Shown one piece after another: positions 44,901-59,688 of a stretch of DNA of 64,000 nt (position 1 is the stretch's first letter; each line of letters begins with the position of its first letter). The stretch spans positions 28,704,001-28,768,000 of the forward strand of contig CP086569.2 of NCBI GenBank assembly GCA_009914755.4, in the 5' to 3' direction. Under the pieces are notes generated by a model that was not told the origin of the DNA, did no database searches, and was given only the letters and a program-made list of their open reading frames with translations. A program made the translations under genes and the position numbers. The DNA comes from the human T2T-CHM13v2.0 reference genome, Homo sapiens.

Positions 44901-45449
44901 CTCTTTCATTCTATTTTATTCCATGCCATTTGATTGCATTGCATTCCATTCCGTTTGATTCCAGTCCATTCAAGAAAGTTCCATTCCAGTCCATTGCTTT
45001 CGAGTCCATTCCATTCCACTCTAGTCTATTCCACTCCATTTCTTTCCATTCCATTCCATACTATTCCATTCCATTCCTTTGCATTCCGTTTCTAATCTAT
45101 TCGAGTCGATTGCATTCCAGTCCAATCCATTCGATTACATTCCTTTTGATTCCCTGCCAGTCGATTGCATTGCATATTAGACCATTCCAAAGGAGTCCAT
45201 TCCATTCTATTTCAACACTTTCCATTCCACTCTGTTCGAGTCCATTCCATTCCAGTCCATTTAATTCAAGGGCATTCCATTCCATTCCATTCCATATCAT
45301 ATTATTCCATTCCATTCAATTCCATTCCAGATGATTCCATTCCATTCTATACCATTGCTCTCTGTTCCATTCCATTCCATCTGTCTCCATTCCTTTCGTT
45401 TCGATTCCTTTCCATTCCATTCCATTACATTTGATCCTATTTTACTAAA
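41906..45449 (+). repeat. HOR unit U13 (3,544 bp), diverged C-type
   Basis: Landmark periodicity. Carries many private substitutions shared only with U14, for example 'ggagtgcgtacc' and 'ttcgaaacctttcc'. Confidence 0.7.
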
Positions 45450-48400
45450 TTGCATTCTATTCGAGTGATTTCCATTCGAGTCCTTTCCATTCGATTCCAT
45501 TCCATTCTATACCATTCCTTTGGATTCCATTCCATTCCGTTCCGTTCACATCCATTCCTTGCGAATCCATTACATTCGATTTCTTGCCATTCGATTCCAT
45601 TCCTTTTGACTCCATTTCATTCGATTCCATTCCATTCCATTAATTTCCATTCCATTCGAAACCTTTCCATTGCAGTCTTTTCACTCCGAGTCCATTCCGT
45701 TCGATTCCATTCCATTCGATTCCATTCCATTGGAGTGCGTACCAGTCGAGTCCATTCTATTCCACTCCATTAGTTTCGACTCCATTGCATTCGAGTGCAT
45801 TCCATTCCTTGGCTGTCCATTCCATTCCGTTTGATGCCATTCCATACGATTCCATTCAATTCGAGACCATTCTATTCCTGTCCATTCCTTGTGATTCGAT
45901 TCCATTTCACTCTAATCCATTCCATTCCATTCAATTCCATTCGACTCTATTCCGTTCCATTCAATTAAATTCCATTCGATTCCATTTGTTTCGAGAACCT
46001 TCCATTACACTCCCTTCCATTCCAGTGCATTCCATTCCAGTCTCTTCAGTTCGATTCCATTCCATTCGTTTCGATTCCATTCCATTCCAGCCCATTCCAT
46101 TCCATTCCATTCCTTTCCTTTCCGTTTCATTAGATTCCACTGCGTTCGATTCCATTCAATTCAATTCTGTGCTATTCAGTTTGATTCCTTTCCATTTAAT
46201 TCCATTCCATTAGATAACATTCCGTTCGATTCCATTCCTTTCGAATCCATTCCATTGGAGTCCATTCACTTCCAGAACATTCCATTCCAGTCGAATCCAT
46301 TCGAGTACATTCCATTAAAGTTCATTACATTCTAATACATTCCATTCCATTGCATTCCATTCCATTCCATTCGATGCCATTCGATTCCATTCCATGCCAA
46401 ATCATTGCATTCCTTTCCATTCCGTTCCTGTCAATTGCATTCCATTCGATTTAGTTCGATTCTATTCACTTCCATTCCATTCGATTCCATTCCATTGGAG
46501 TCAATTCCTTTCGACACACAGTCTTTCCAGTCAATGACTTTGGAGCCCATTTTTTTGCATTCCATTACATTCTATGACATTCGATTCCGTTTCATTGCAT
46601 TCCATTCCATAAATTTTTATTCCATTCGAGACCGTAGCATTCCAGTTTATTCCAGCCCTGTCCATTACAATACATTCCCTTCCATTCCAATGAATTCCAT
46701 TCCATTCTAATCCATTCCTTTCCTTTCGCTTGCATTCCATTCTATTCTCTTCTATTCCATACAATTTCACTCCATTCGTTCCCATTCCATTCAAATCCAT
46801 TCCATTCAATTCCATTCCATTTCTTTCCATTCTCTTCGATTCCATTTCTTTATATTCCATGCCATTCGATTCCATTCCATTGGATTGCATTACATTCGAG
46901 TTCATTCCATTCCAGACCATTCCATTTGACTCCATTCCTTTCGAGCCCTTTCAATTTGAGTCCATTCCTTTCCAGTCCATTTCACTCCAGTCCATTCCTA
47001 TCCATTCCATACCATTCCATCCCATTCCATTCCATTCCATTCCACTCCATTGCATTCCATTCCATTCCATTCCATTGCACTGCATTCCATTCCATTACAT
47101 TCTATTCCATTTGAGTCGATTTTATTGCATTAGATTCTATTCCATTGGATTACTTTCCATTCGATTACATTCCATTCATGTACATTCCATTCCAGTCAAT
47201 TACATACGACTTCATTACATTACATGCTAGTATATTCCATTCTATTCGATCCCATTCCTTTCAATTCCATTTCATTCGACTCCATTATATTCAATTCCAT
47301 TCCACTCGAATCCATTCCATTAGAGGACATTTCATTCCAATACATTCCATTCCATTCCATAACATTCCATTGCATTCGATTCCATTCCATTTGATGCCAT
47401 TCCATGACATTCCATTCCATTCGAGTCCATTCCATTCCAATTCATTCCATTCCGTTTCATGAAATTCGAGTCCTTTCCATTCCATTGCATTCCAATCCCT
47501 TCCAATCCAATCTATTCCATTCAATTCCTTTCCATTCCATTTGATTATATTCCATTGATTTGATTCCATTCTGTTTGATTCCATTCCGAGAAATTTCGTT
47601 CCATTCTATTCCATTGCATTACTTTCCATTCAATTCCATTCCATTCCATTTCAGTCCATTCGCTTCCTTTCCTTTCGATTCAATTCCATTTGATTCCACT
47701 CCATTCTATACCATTTAATTCCAATCGATTCAATTCCATTCGATGGCATTCCTTTCGTTTCCATTCTATTCGAGTCCATTCAATTTGAGCCTTCGTGTCC
47801 ATTCTATTCGAGTCCATTCCATTACAGTCTATTCTATTCCCTTCCGTTCCCGTTGATTCAATTTCATTCCCTTCCATTCGATTCCTTTCCTTTCGATTCC
47901 ATTCCTTTCCATTCCATTACATTCGTTCCCATTCCACGTGATTCCATTCCATTCCAGTCCATTATATTCGAGTCCACTCCACTCCATTCTGTTACTTTCA
48001 ATTCCTTTTGAGTCCGTTCCATAACACTCCATTCATTTCGATTCCATTTCCTGCCAGTTTTCTTCCATTTTATTCCATTCCGTTCGATTCCATTCCATTC
48101 GATTGCATTCCATTCGATTACATTCCATTCGAATCCTTTCCATTCCATTTCATTCCATTCCTTTCTATTCCATTCCATTTCATTCGATTTGATTCCATTC
48201 TGTTCTATTCCATTCAATTCTTTTTCATTCCATTCGAATCCTTTCTATTGCAGTCCATTCCATTCGAGTCCATTCCAATCCCTTCCTTTCCATTCCATTA
48301 CAGTCCATTCCAATAGATTCTATTCCTTTGCCTTCCATTCGACTCCATTCCATTCTAGTCCATTCCATTTGAGTCAATTCCATTCCATTCCATTCTATTC

Positions 48401-49008
48401 CTTTCGAATCCATTCGATTCCATTCGATTCAATTCCATTTGATTCTCTTTCATTCTATTTTATTCCATGCCATTTGATTGCATTGCATTCCATTCCGTTT
48501 GATTCCAGTCCATTCAAGAAAGTTCCATTCCAGTCCATTGCTTTCGAGACCATTCCATTCCACTCTAGTCTATTCCACTCCATTCCTTTCCATTCCATTC
48601 CATACTTTTCCATTCCATTCCTTTGCATTCCGTTTCCAATCTATTCGAGTCCATTGCATTCCAGTCCAATCCATTCGATTACATTCCTTTTGATTCCCTG
48701 CCAGTCGATTGCATTGCATACTAGACCATTCCAAAGGAGTCCATTCCATTCTATTTCAACACTTTCCATTCCACTCTGTTCGAGTCCATTCCATTCCAGT
48801 CCATTTAATTTAAGGGCATTCCATTCCATTCCATTCCATTTCATATTATTCCATTCCATTCAATTCCATTCCAGATGATTCCATTCCATTCTATGCCATT
48901 GCTCTCTGTTCCATTCCATTACATCTGTCTCCATTCCTTTCGTTTCGATTCCTTTCCATTCCATTCCATTACATTTGATCCTATTTTATTAAATTTCATT
49001 CTATTCGA
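45450..49008 (+). repeat. HOR unit U14 (3,559 bp), diverged C-type (GGCC lost: 'ccagccctg' ~46653-46661)
   Basis: Landmark periodicity. Shares C-type variants with U13. Confidence 0.7.
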
Positions 49009-52000
49009 GTGATTTCCTTTCGAGTCCTTTCCATTCGATTCCATTCCATTCTATTCCATTCCTTTGGATTCCATTCCATTCCGTTCCGTTCACATCCATT
49101 CCTTGCGATTCCATTACATTGGATTTCTTGCCATTCGATTCCATTCCTTTTGACTCCATTTCATTCGATTCTATTCCATTCCATTAATTTCCATTCCATT
49201 CGAGACCTTTCCATTGCAGTCTTTTCACTTCGAGTCCATTCCGTTCGATACCATTCCATTCGATTCCATTCCATTGGAGTCCATACCAGTCGAGTCCATT
49301 CTATTCCAGTCCATTAGTTTCCACTCCATTGCATTCGAGTGCATTCCATTCCGTGGCTGTTGATTCCATTCCGTTTGATGCCATTCCATACGATTCCATT
49401 CAATTCGAGACCATTCTATTCCTGTCCATTCCTTGCGGTTCGATTCCATTTCACTCTAGTCCATTCCATTCCATTCAATTCCATTCGACTCTATTCCGTT
49501 CCATTCAATTCCATTCCATTCGATTCCATTTTTGTCGAGATCCTTCCATTACACTCCCTTCCATTCCAGTGCATTCCATTCCAGTCTCTTCAGTTCGATT
49601 CCATTCCATTCGTTTAGATTCCTTTCCATTCCAGCCCATTCCATTCCATTCCATTCCTTTCCTTTCCGTTTCATTAGATTCCATTGCATTCCATTCCATT
49701 CAATTCAATTCCGTGCTATTCAATTTGATTCACTTCCATTTAATTCCATTCCATTAGATTCCATTCCGTACGATTCCATTCCTTTTGAATCCATTCCATT
49801 GGAGTCCATTCACTTCCAGAACATTCCATTCCAGTCGAATCCATTCGAGTACATTCCATTAAAGTTCATTACATTCTAATACATTCCATTCCATTGCATT
49901 CCATTCCATTCCATTCGATGCCATTCGATTCCATTCCATGCCAAATCATTGCATTCCTTTCCATTCCGTTCCTATCAATTCCATTCCATTCGATTTAGTT
50001 CGATTCTATTCACTTCCATTCCATTCGATTCCATTCCATTGGAGTCAATTCCTTTCGACACCCAGCCTTTCCAGTCAATGATTTTGGATTCCATTTTTTT
50101 GCATTCCATTACATTCTATGACATTCGATTCCGTTTCATTGCATTCCATTCCATACATTTTTATTCCATTCGAGACCGTAGCATTCCACTTTATTCCAGG
50201 CCTGTCCATTACACTACATTCCCTTCCATTCCAATGAATTCCATTCCATTCCAATCCATTCCTTTCCTTTCGCTTGCATTCCATTCTATTCCCTTCTACT
50301 GCATACAATTTCACTCCATTCGTTCCCATTCCATTCAATTCCATTCCATTCAATTCCATTCCATTTGTTTCCATTCTCTTCGATTCCATTTCTTTATATT
50401 CCATGCCATTCGAATCCATTCTATTGGATTGCATTACATTCGTGTTCATTCCATTCCAGACCATTCCATTTGACTCCATTCCTTTCGAGCCCTTTCAATT
50501 TGAGTCCATTCCTTTCCAGTCCATTTCACTCCAGTCCATTACTATCCATTCCATCCCATTCCATACCATTCCATTCCATTCCATTCCATTCCATTCCATT
50601 CCATTCCATTCCATTGCATTCCATTCCAATCCATTCCATTGCACTGCACTCCATTCCATTACATTCTACTCTATCTGAGTCGGTTTTATTGCATTAGATT
50701 CTATTCCATTGGATTACTTTCCATTCGATTACATTCCATTCATGTACATTCCATTCCAGTCAATTACATTCGAGTTCATTACATTACATTCCAGTATATT
50801 CCATTGTATTCGATCCCATTCCTTTCAATTCCATTTCATTCGACTCCATTATATTCGATTCCATTCCACTCGAATCCTTTCCATTAGAGGACATTCCATT
50901 CCAGTGCATTCCATTCCATTCCATAGCATTCCATTGCATTCGATTCCATTCCATTTGATGCCATTCCATTTGATGCCATTCCATGACATTCCATTCCATT
51001 CGAGTCCATTCCGTTCCAATTCATTCCATTCCGTTTCATGAAATTCGAGTCCTTTCCAGTACATTTCATTCCAATCCCATCCAATCCCATCTACTCCATT
51101 CAATTCCTTTCCATTCCATTTGATTTGATTCCATTGACTTGATTCCATTCATTTTGATTCCATTCCTTGAAATTTCGTTCCATTCTATTCCATTGCATTA
51201 CTTTCCATTCCATTCCATTCCATTTCATTTCAGTCCATTCGCTTCCTTTCCTTTCGATTCAATTCCATTTGATTCCACTCCATTCTATGCGATTTCATTC
51301 CAATCGATTCAATTCCATTCGATGACATTCCTTTCGTTTCCATTCCATTCGAGTCCATTCAATTTGAGCATTCGTGTCCATTCTATTCGAGTCCATTCCA
51401 TTACCGTCTATTCTATTCCCTTCCATTCCTGTTGATTCAATTTCATTCCCTTCCATTCGATTCCTTTCCATTCGATTCCATTCCTTTCCATTCCATTCCA
51501 TTCGTTCCCATTCCATGTGATTTCATTCCATTCCAGTCCATTATATTCGAGTCCACTCCACTCCATTCTATTACATTCAATTCCTTTTGAGTCCGTTCCA
51601 TAACACTCCATTCATTTCGATTCCATTTCTTGCCAGTTTTCTTCCATTTTATTCCTTTCCGTTCGATTCCATTCCATTCGATTGCATTCCATTCGAATCC
51701 TTTCCATTCCATTTCATTCCATTCCTTTCTATTCCATTCCATTTCATTCGATTTGATTCCATTCTGTTCTATTCCATTCAATTCTTTTTCATTCCATTCG
51801 AATCCTTTCTATTGCAGTCCATTCCAATCCCTTCCATTCCATTCCATTACAGTCCATTCCAATAGATTCCATTCCTTTGCCTTCCATTCGAATCCATTCC
51901 ATTCTAGTCCATTCCATTTGAGTCAATTCCATTCCATTCCATTCTATTCCTTTCCAATCCATTCGATTCCATTCGATTCAATTCCATTTGATTCTCTTTC

Positions 52001-52547
52001 ATTCTATTTTATTCCATGCCATTTGATTGCATTGCATTCCATTCCGTTTGATTCCAGTCCATTCAAGAAAGTTCCATTCCAGTCCATTGCTTTCCAGTCC
52101 ATTCCATTCCACTCTAGTCTATTCCACTCCATTCCTTTCCATTCCATTCCATACTATTCCATTCCATTCCTTTGCATTCCGTTTCCAATCTATTCGAGTC
52201 CATTGCATTCCACTCCAATCCATTCGATTACATTCCTTTTGATTCCCTGCCAGTCGATTGCATTGCATACTACACCATTCCAAAGGAGTCCATTCCATTC
52301 TATCTCAAAACTTTCCATTCCACTCTGTTCGAGTCCATTCCATTCCAGTCCATTTAATTCAAGGGCATTCCATTCCATTCCATTCCATTCCATTTCATAT
52401 TATTCCATTCCATTCAATTCCATTCCAGATGATTCCATTCCATTCTATACCATTGCTCTCTGTTCCATTCCATTCCATCTGTCTCCATTCCTTTCGTTTC
52501 GATTCCTTTCCATTCCATTCCATTACATTTGATCCTATTTTATTAAA
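49009..52547 (+). repeat. HOR unit U15 (3,539 bp), A-type; super-repeat copy of U1
   Basis: Identical to U1 except for one CATTC pentamer fewer (50567-50611 versus 1606-1655) and a G/A difference at 172 versus 49133. Confidence 0.8.
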
Positions 52548-55500
52548 TTGCATTCTATTCGAGTGATTTCCATTCGAGTCCTTTCCATTCGATTCCATTC
52601 CATTCTATTCCATTCCTTTGGATTCCATTCTATTCCGTTCCGTTCACATCAATTCCTTGCGATTCCATTACATTCGATTTCTTGCCATTCGATTCCATTC
52701 CTTTTGACTCCATTTCATTCGATTCCATTCCATTCCATTAATTTCCATTCCATTCGAGACCTTTCCATTGCAGTCTTTTCCCTTCGAGTCCATTCCGTTC
52801 GATTCCCTTCCATTCGATTCCATTCCATTGGAGTCTGTACCAGTCGAGTCCATTCTATTCCAGTCCATTAGTTTCGACTCCATTGCATTCGAGTGCATTC
52901 CATTCCGTGGCTGTCCATTCCATTCCGTTTGATGCCATTCCATACGATTCATTTCAATTCGAGACCATTCTATTCCTGTCCATTCCTTGTGGTTCGATTC
53001 CATTTCACTCTAGTCCATTCCATTCCATTCAATTCCATTCGACTCTATTCCGTTCCATTCAATTCCATTCCATTCGATTCCATTTTTTTCGAGAACCTTC
53101 CATTACACTCCCTTCCATTCCAGTGCATTCCATTCCAGTCTTTTCAGTTCGATTCCATTCCATTCGTTTCGATTCCTTTCCATTCCAGCCCATTCCATTC
53201 CATTCCATTCCTTTCCTTTCCGTTTCATTAGATTCCATTGCATTCCATTCCATTCAATTCAATTCCGTGCTATTCAATTTGATTCACTTCCATTTAATTC
53301 CATTCCATTAGATTCCATTCCGTACGATTCCATTCCTTTTGAATCCATTCCATTGGAGTCCATTCACTTCCAGAACATTCCATTCCAGTCGAATCCATTC
53401 GAGTACATTCCATTAAAGTTCATTACATTCTAATACATTCCATTCCATTGCATTGCATTCCATTCCATTCGATGCCATTCGATTCCATTCCATGCCAAAT
53501 CATTGCATTCCTTTCCATTCCGTTCCTATCAATTCCATTCCATTCGATTTAGTTCGATTCTATTCACTTCCATTCCATTCGATTCCATTCCATTGGAGTC
53601 AATTCCTTTCGACACCCAGCCTTTGCAGTCAATGATTTTGGATTCCATTTTTTTGCATTCCATTACATTCTATGACATTCGATTCCGTTTCATTGCATTC
53701 CATTCCATACATTTTTAGTCCATTCGAGACCGTAGCATTCCACTTTATTCCAGGCCTGTCCATTACACTACATTCCCTTCCATTCCAATGAATTCCATTC
53801 CATTCCAATCCATTCCTTTCCTTTCGCTTGCATTCCATTCTATTCCCTTCTACTGCATACAATTTCACTCATTCGTTCCCATTCCATTCAATTCCATTCC
53901 ATTCAATTCCATTCCATTTGTTTCCATTCTCTTCGATTCCATTTCTTTATATTCCATGCCATTCGATTCCATTCTATTGGATTGCATTACATTCGTGTTC
54001 ATTCCATTCCAGACCATTCCATTTGACTCCATTCCTTTCGAGCCCTTTCAATTTGAGTCCATTCCTTTCCAGTCCATTTCACTCCAGTCCATTACTATCC
54101 ATTCCATCCCATTCCATCCCATTCCATTCCATTCCATTCCATTCCATTCCATTCCGTTCCATTCCATTGCATTCCATTCCATTCCATTCCATTGCAGTGC
54201 ACTCCATTCCATTACATTCTACTCTATCTGAGTCGGTTTTATTGCATTAGATTCTATTCCATTGGATTACTTTCCATTCGATTACATTCCATTCATGTAC
54301 ATTCCATTCCAGTCAATTACATTCGAGTTCATTACATTACATTCCAGTATATTCCATTGTATTCGATCCCATTCCTTTCAATTCCATTTCATTCGACTCC
54401 ATTATATTCGATTCCATTCCACTCGAATCCATTCCATTAGAGGACATTCCATTCCAATGCATTCCATTCCATTCCATCACATTCCATTGCATTCGATTCC
54501 ATTCCATTTGATGCCATTCCATTTGATGCCATTCCATGACATTCCATTCCATTCGAGTCCATTCCGTTCCAATTCATTCCATTCCGTTTCATGAAATTCG
54601 AGTCCTTTCCAGTACATTTCATTCCAATCCCATCCAATCCAATCTACTCCATTCAATTCCTTTCCATTCCATTTGATTTGATTCCATTGATTTGATTCCA
54701 TTCAGTTTGATTCCATTCCGTGAAATTTCGTTCCATTCTATTCCATTGCATTACTTTCCATTCAATTCCATTCCATTTCATTTCAGTCCATTCGCTTCCT
54801 TTCCTTTCGATTCAATTCCATTTGATTCCACTCCATTCTATGCGATTTCATTCCAATCGATTCAATTCCATTGGATGACATTCCTTTCGTTTCCATTCCT
54901 TTCGAGTCCATTCAATTTGAGCATTCGTGTCCATTCTATTCGAGTCCATTCCATTACCGTCTATTCTATTCCCTTCCATTCCTGTTGATTCAATTTCATT
55001 CCCTTCCATTCGATTCCTTTCCATTCGATTCCATTCCTTTCCATTCCATTCCATTCGTTCCCATTCCATGTGATTTCATTCCATTCCAGTCCATTATATT
55101 CGAGTCCACTCCACTCCATTCTATTACATTCAATTCCTTTTGAGTCCGTTCCATAACACTCCATTCATTTCGATTCCATTTCTTGCCAGTTTTCTTCCAT
55201 TTTATTCCATTCCGTTCGATTCCATTCCATTCGATTGCATTCCATTCGAATCCTTTCCATTCCATTTCATTCCATTCCTTTCTATTCCATTCCATTTCAT
55301 TCGATTTGATTCCATTCTGCTCTATTCCATTCAATTCTTTTTCATTCCATTCGAATCCTTTCTATTGCAGTCCATTCCATTCGAGTCCATTCCAATCCCT
55401 TCCATTCCATTCCATTACAGTCCATTCCAATAGATTCCATTCCTTTGCCTTCCATTCGAATCCATTCCATTCTAGTCCATTCCATTTGAGTCAATTCCAT

Positions 55501-56115
55501 TCCATTCCATTCTATTCCTTTCCAATCCATTCGATTCCATTCGATTCAATTCCATTTGATTCTCTTTCATTCTATTTTATTCCATGCCATTTGATTGCAT
55601 TGCATTCCATTCCGTTGGATTCCAGTCCATTCAAGAAAGTTCCATTCCAGTCCATTGCTTTCCAGTCCATTCCATTCCACTCTAGTCTATTCCACTCCAT
55701 TCCTTTCCATTCCATTCCATACTATTCCATTCCATTCCTTTGCATTCCGTTTCCAATCTATTCGAGTCCATTGCATTCCAGTCCAATCCATTCCATTACA
55801 TTCCTTTTGATTCCCTGCCAGTCGATTGCATTGCATACTACACCATTCCAAAGGAGTCCATTCCATTCTATCTCAACACTTTCCATTCCACTCTGTTCGA
55901 GTCCATTCCATTCCAGTCCATTTAATTCAAGGGCATTCCATTCCATTCCATTCCATTCCATTTCATATTATTCCATTCCATTCAATTCCATTCCAGATGA
56001 TTCCATTCCATTCTATACCATTGCTCTCTGTTCCATTCCATTCCATCTGTCTCCATTCCTTTCGTTTCGATTCCTTTCCATTCCATTCCATTCCATTTGA
56101 TCCTATTTTATTAAG
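52548..56115 (+). repeat. HOR unit U16 (3,568 bp), copy of U2
   Basis: Same length as U2 and identical ORF-track translations. Confidence 0.8.
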
Positions 56116-59100
56116 TTGCATTCTATTCGAGTGATTTCCATTCGAGTCCTTTCCATTCGATTCCATTCCATTCTATTCCATTCCTTTGGATTCCATTCCA
56201 TTCCGTTCCGTTCACATCAATTAATTGCGATTCCATTACATTCGATTTCTTGCCATTTGATTCCATTCCTTTTGACTCCATTTCATTCGATTCCATTCCA
56301 TTCCATTAATTTCCATTCCATTCGAGACCTTTCCATTGCAGTCTTTTCCCTTCGAGTCCATTCCGTTCGATTCCCTTCCATTCGATTCCATTCCATTGGA
56401 GTCCGTACCAGTCGAGTCCATTCTATTCCAGTCCATTAGTTTCGACTCCATTGCATTCGAGTGCATTCCATTCCGTGGCTGTCCATTCCATTCCGTTTGA
56501 TGCCATTCCATACGATTCCGTTCAATTCGAGACCATTCTATTCCTGTCCATTCCTTGTGGTTCGATTCCATTTCACTCTAGTCCATTCCATTCCATTCAA
56601 TTCCATTCGACTCTATTCCGTTCCATTCAATTCCATTCCATTCGATTCCATTTTTTTCGAGAACCTTCCATTACACTCCCTTCCATTCCAGTGCATTCCA
56701 TTCCAGTCTCTTCAGTTCGATTCCATTCCATTCGTTTCGATTCCTTTCCATTCCAGCCCATTCCATTCCATTCCATTCCTTTCCTTTCCGTTTCATTAGA
56801 TTCCATTGCATTCCATTCCATTCAATTCAATTCCGTGCTATTCAATTTGATTCACTTCCATTTAATTCCATTCCATTAGATTCCATTCCGTACGATTCCA
56901 TTCCTTTTGAATCCATTCCATTGGAGTCCATTCACTTCCAGAACATTCCATTCCAGTCGAATCCATTCGAGTACATTCCATTAAAGTTCATTACATTCTA
57001 ATACATTCCATTCCATTGCATTCCATTCCATTCCATTCGATGCCATTCGATTCCATTCCATGCCAAATCATTGCATTCCTTTCCATTCCGTTCCTATCAA
57101 TTCCATTCCATTCGATTTAGTTCGATTCTATTCACTTCCATTCCATTCGATTCCATTCCATTGGAGTCAATTCCTTTCGACACCCAGCCTTTCCAGTCAA
57201 TGATTTTGGATTCCATTTTTTTGCATTCCATTACATTCTATGACATTCGATTCCGTTTCATTGCATTCCATTCCATACATTTTTAGTCCATTCGAGACCG
57301 TAGCATTCCACTTTATTCCAGGCCTGTCCATTACACTACATTCCCTTCCATTCCAATGAATTCCATTCCATTCCAATCCATTCCTTTCCTTTCGCTTGCA
57401 TTCCATTCTATTCCCTTCTACTGCATACAATTTCACTCATTCGTTCCCATTCCATTCAATTCCATTCCATTCAATTCCATTCCATTTGTTTCCATTCTCT
57501 TCGATTCCATTTCTTTATATTCCATGCCATTCGAATCCATTCTATTGGATTGCATTACATTCGTGTTCATTCCATTCCAGACCATTCCATTTGACTCCAT
57601 TCCTTTCGAGCCCTTTCAATTTGAGTCCATTCCTTTCCAGTCCATTTCACTCCAGTCCATTACTATCCATTCCATCCCATTCCATCCCATTCCATTCCAT
57701 TCCATTCCATTCCATTCCATTCCATTCCGTTCCATTCCATTGCATTCCATTCCATTCCATTCCATTGCACTGCACTCCATTCCATTACATTCTACTCTAT
57801 CTGAGTCGGTTTTATTGCATTAGATTCTATTCCATTGGATTACTTTCCATTCGATTACATTCCATTCATGTACATTCCATTCCAGTCAATTACATTCGAG
57901 TTCATTACATTACATTCCAGTATATTCCATTGTATTCGATCCCATTCCTTTCAATTCCATTTCATTCGACTCCATTATATTCGATTCCATTCCACTCGAA
58001 TCCATTCCATTAGAGGACATTCCATTCCAATGCATTCCATTCCATTCCATCACATTCCATTGCATTCGATTCCATTCCATTTGATGCCATTCCATTTGAT
58101 GCCATTCCATGACATTCCATTCCATTCGAGTCCATTCCGTTCCAATTCATTCCATTCCGTTTCATGAAATTCGAGTCCTTTCCAGTACATTTCATTCCAA
58201 TCCCATCCAATCCAATCTACTCCATTCAATTCCTTTCCATTCCATTTGATTTGATTCCATTGATTTGATTCCATTCAGTTTGATTCCATTCCGTGAAATT
58301 TCGTTCCATTCTATTCCATTGCATTACTTTCCATTCAATTCCATTCCATTTCATTTCAGTCCATTCGCTTCCTTTCCTTTCGATTCAATTCCATTTGATT
58401 CCACTCCATTCTATGCGATTTCATTCCAATCGATTCAATTCCATTGGATGACATTCCTTTCGTTTCCATTCCTTTCGAGTCCATTCAATTTGAGCATTCG
58501 TGTCCATTCTATTCGAGTCCATTCCATTACCGTCTATTCTATTCCCTTCCATTCCTGTTGATTCAATTTCATTCCCTTCCATTCGATTCCTTTCCATTCG
58601 ATTCCATTCCTTTCCATTCCATTCCATTCGTTCCCATTCCATGTGATTTCATTCCATTCCAGTCCATTATATTCGAGTCCACTCCACTCCATTCTATTAC
58701 ATTCAATTCCTTTTGAGTCCGTTCCATAACACTCCATTCATTTCGATTCCATTTCTTGCCAGTTTTCTTCCATTTTATTCCATTCCGTTCGATTCCATTC
58801 CATTCGATTGCATTCCATTCGAATCCTTTCCATTCCATTTCATTCCATTCCTTTCTATTCCATTCCATTTCATTCGATTTGATTCCATTCTGTTCTATTC
58901 CATTCAATTCTTTTTCATTCCATTCGAATCCTTTCTATTGCAGTCCATTCCATTCGAGTCCATTCCAATCCCTTCCATTCCATTCCATTACAGTCCATTC
59001 CAATAGATTCCATTCCTTTGCCTTCCATTCGAATCCATTCCATTCTAGTCCATTCCATTTGAGTCAATTCCATTCCATTCCATTCTATTCCTTTCCAATC

Positions 59101-59688
59101 CATTCGATTCCATTCGATTCAATTCCATTTGATTCTCTTTCATTCTATTTTATTCCATGCCATTTGATTGCATTGCATTCCATTCCGTTGGATTCCAGTC
59201 CATTCAAGAAAGTTCCATTCCAGTCCATTGCTTTCCAGTCCATTCCATTCCACTCTAGTCTATTCCACTCCATTCCTTTCCATTCCATTCCATACTATTC
59301 CATTCCATTCCTTTGCATTCCGTTTCCAATCTATTCGAGTCCATTGCATTCCAGTCCAATCCATTCCATTACATTCCTTTTGATTCCCTGCCAGTCGATT
59401 GCATTGCATACTACACCATTCCAAAGGAGTCCATTCCATTCTATCTCAACACTTTCCATTCCACTCTGTTCGAGTCCATTCCATTCCAGTCCATTTAATT
59501 CAAGGGCATTCCATTCCATTCCATTCCATTCCATTTCATATTATTCCATTCCATTCAATTCCATTCCAGATGATTCCATTCCATTCTATACCATTGCTCT
59601 CTGTTCCATTCCATTCCATCTGTCTCCATTCCTTTCGTTTCGATTCCTTTCCATTCCATTCCATTCCATTTGATCCTATTTTATTAAG
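56116..59688 (+). repeat. HOR unit U17 (3,573 bp), copy of U3
   Basis: Same length as U3 and identical ORF-track translations. Confidence 0.8.
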
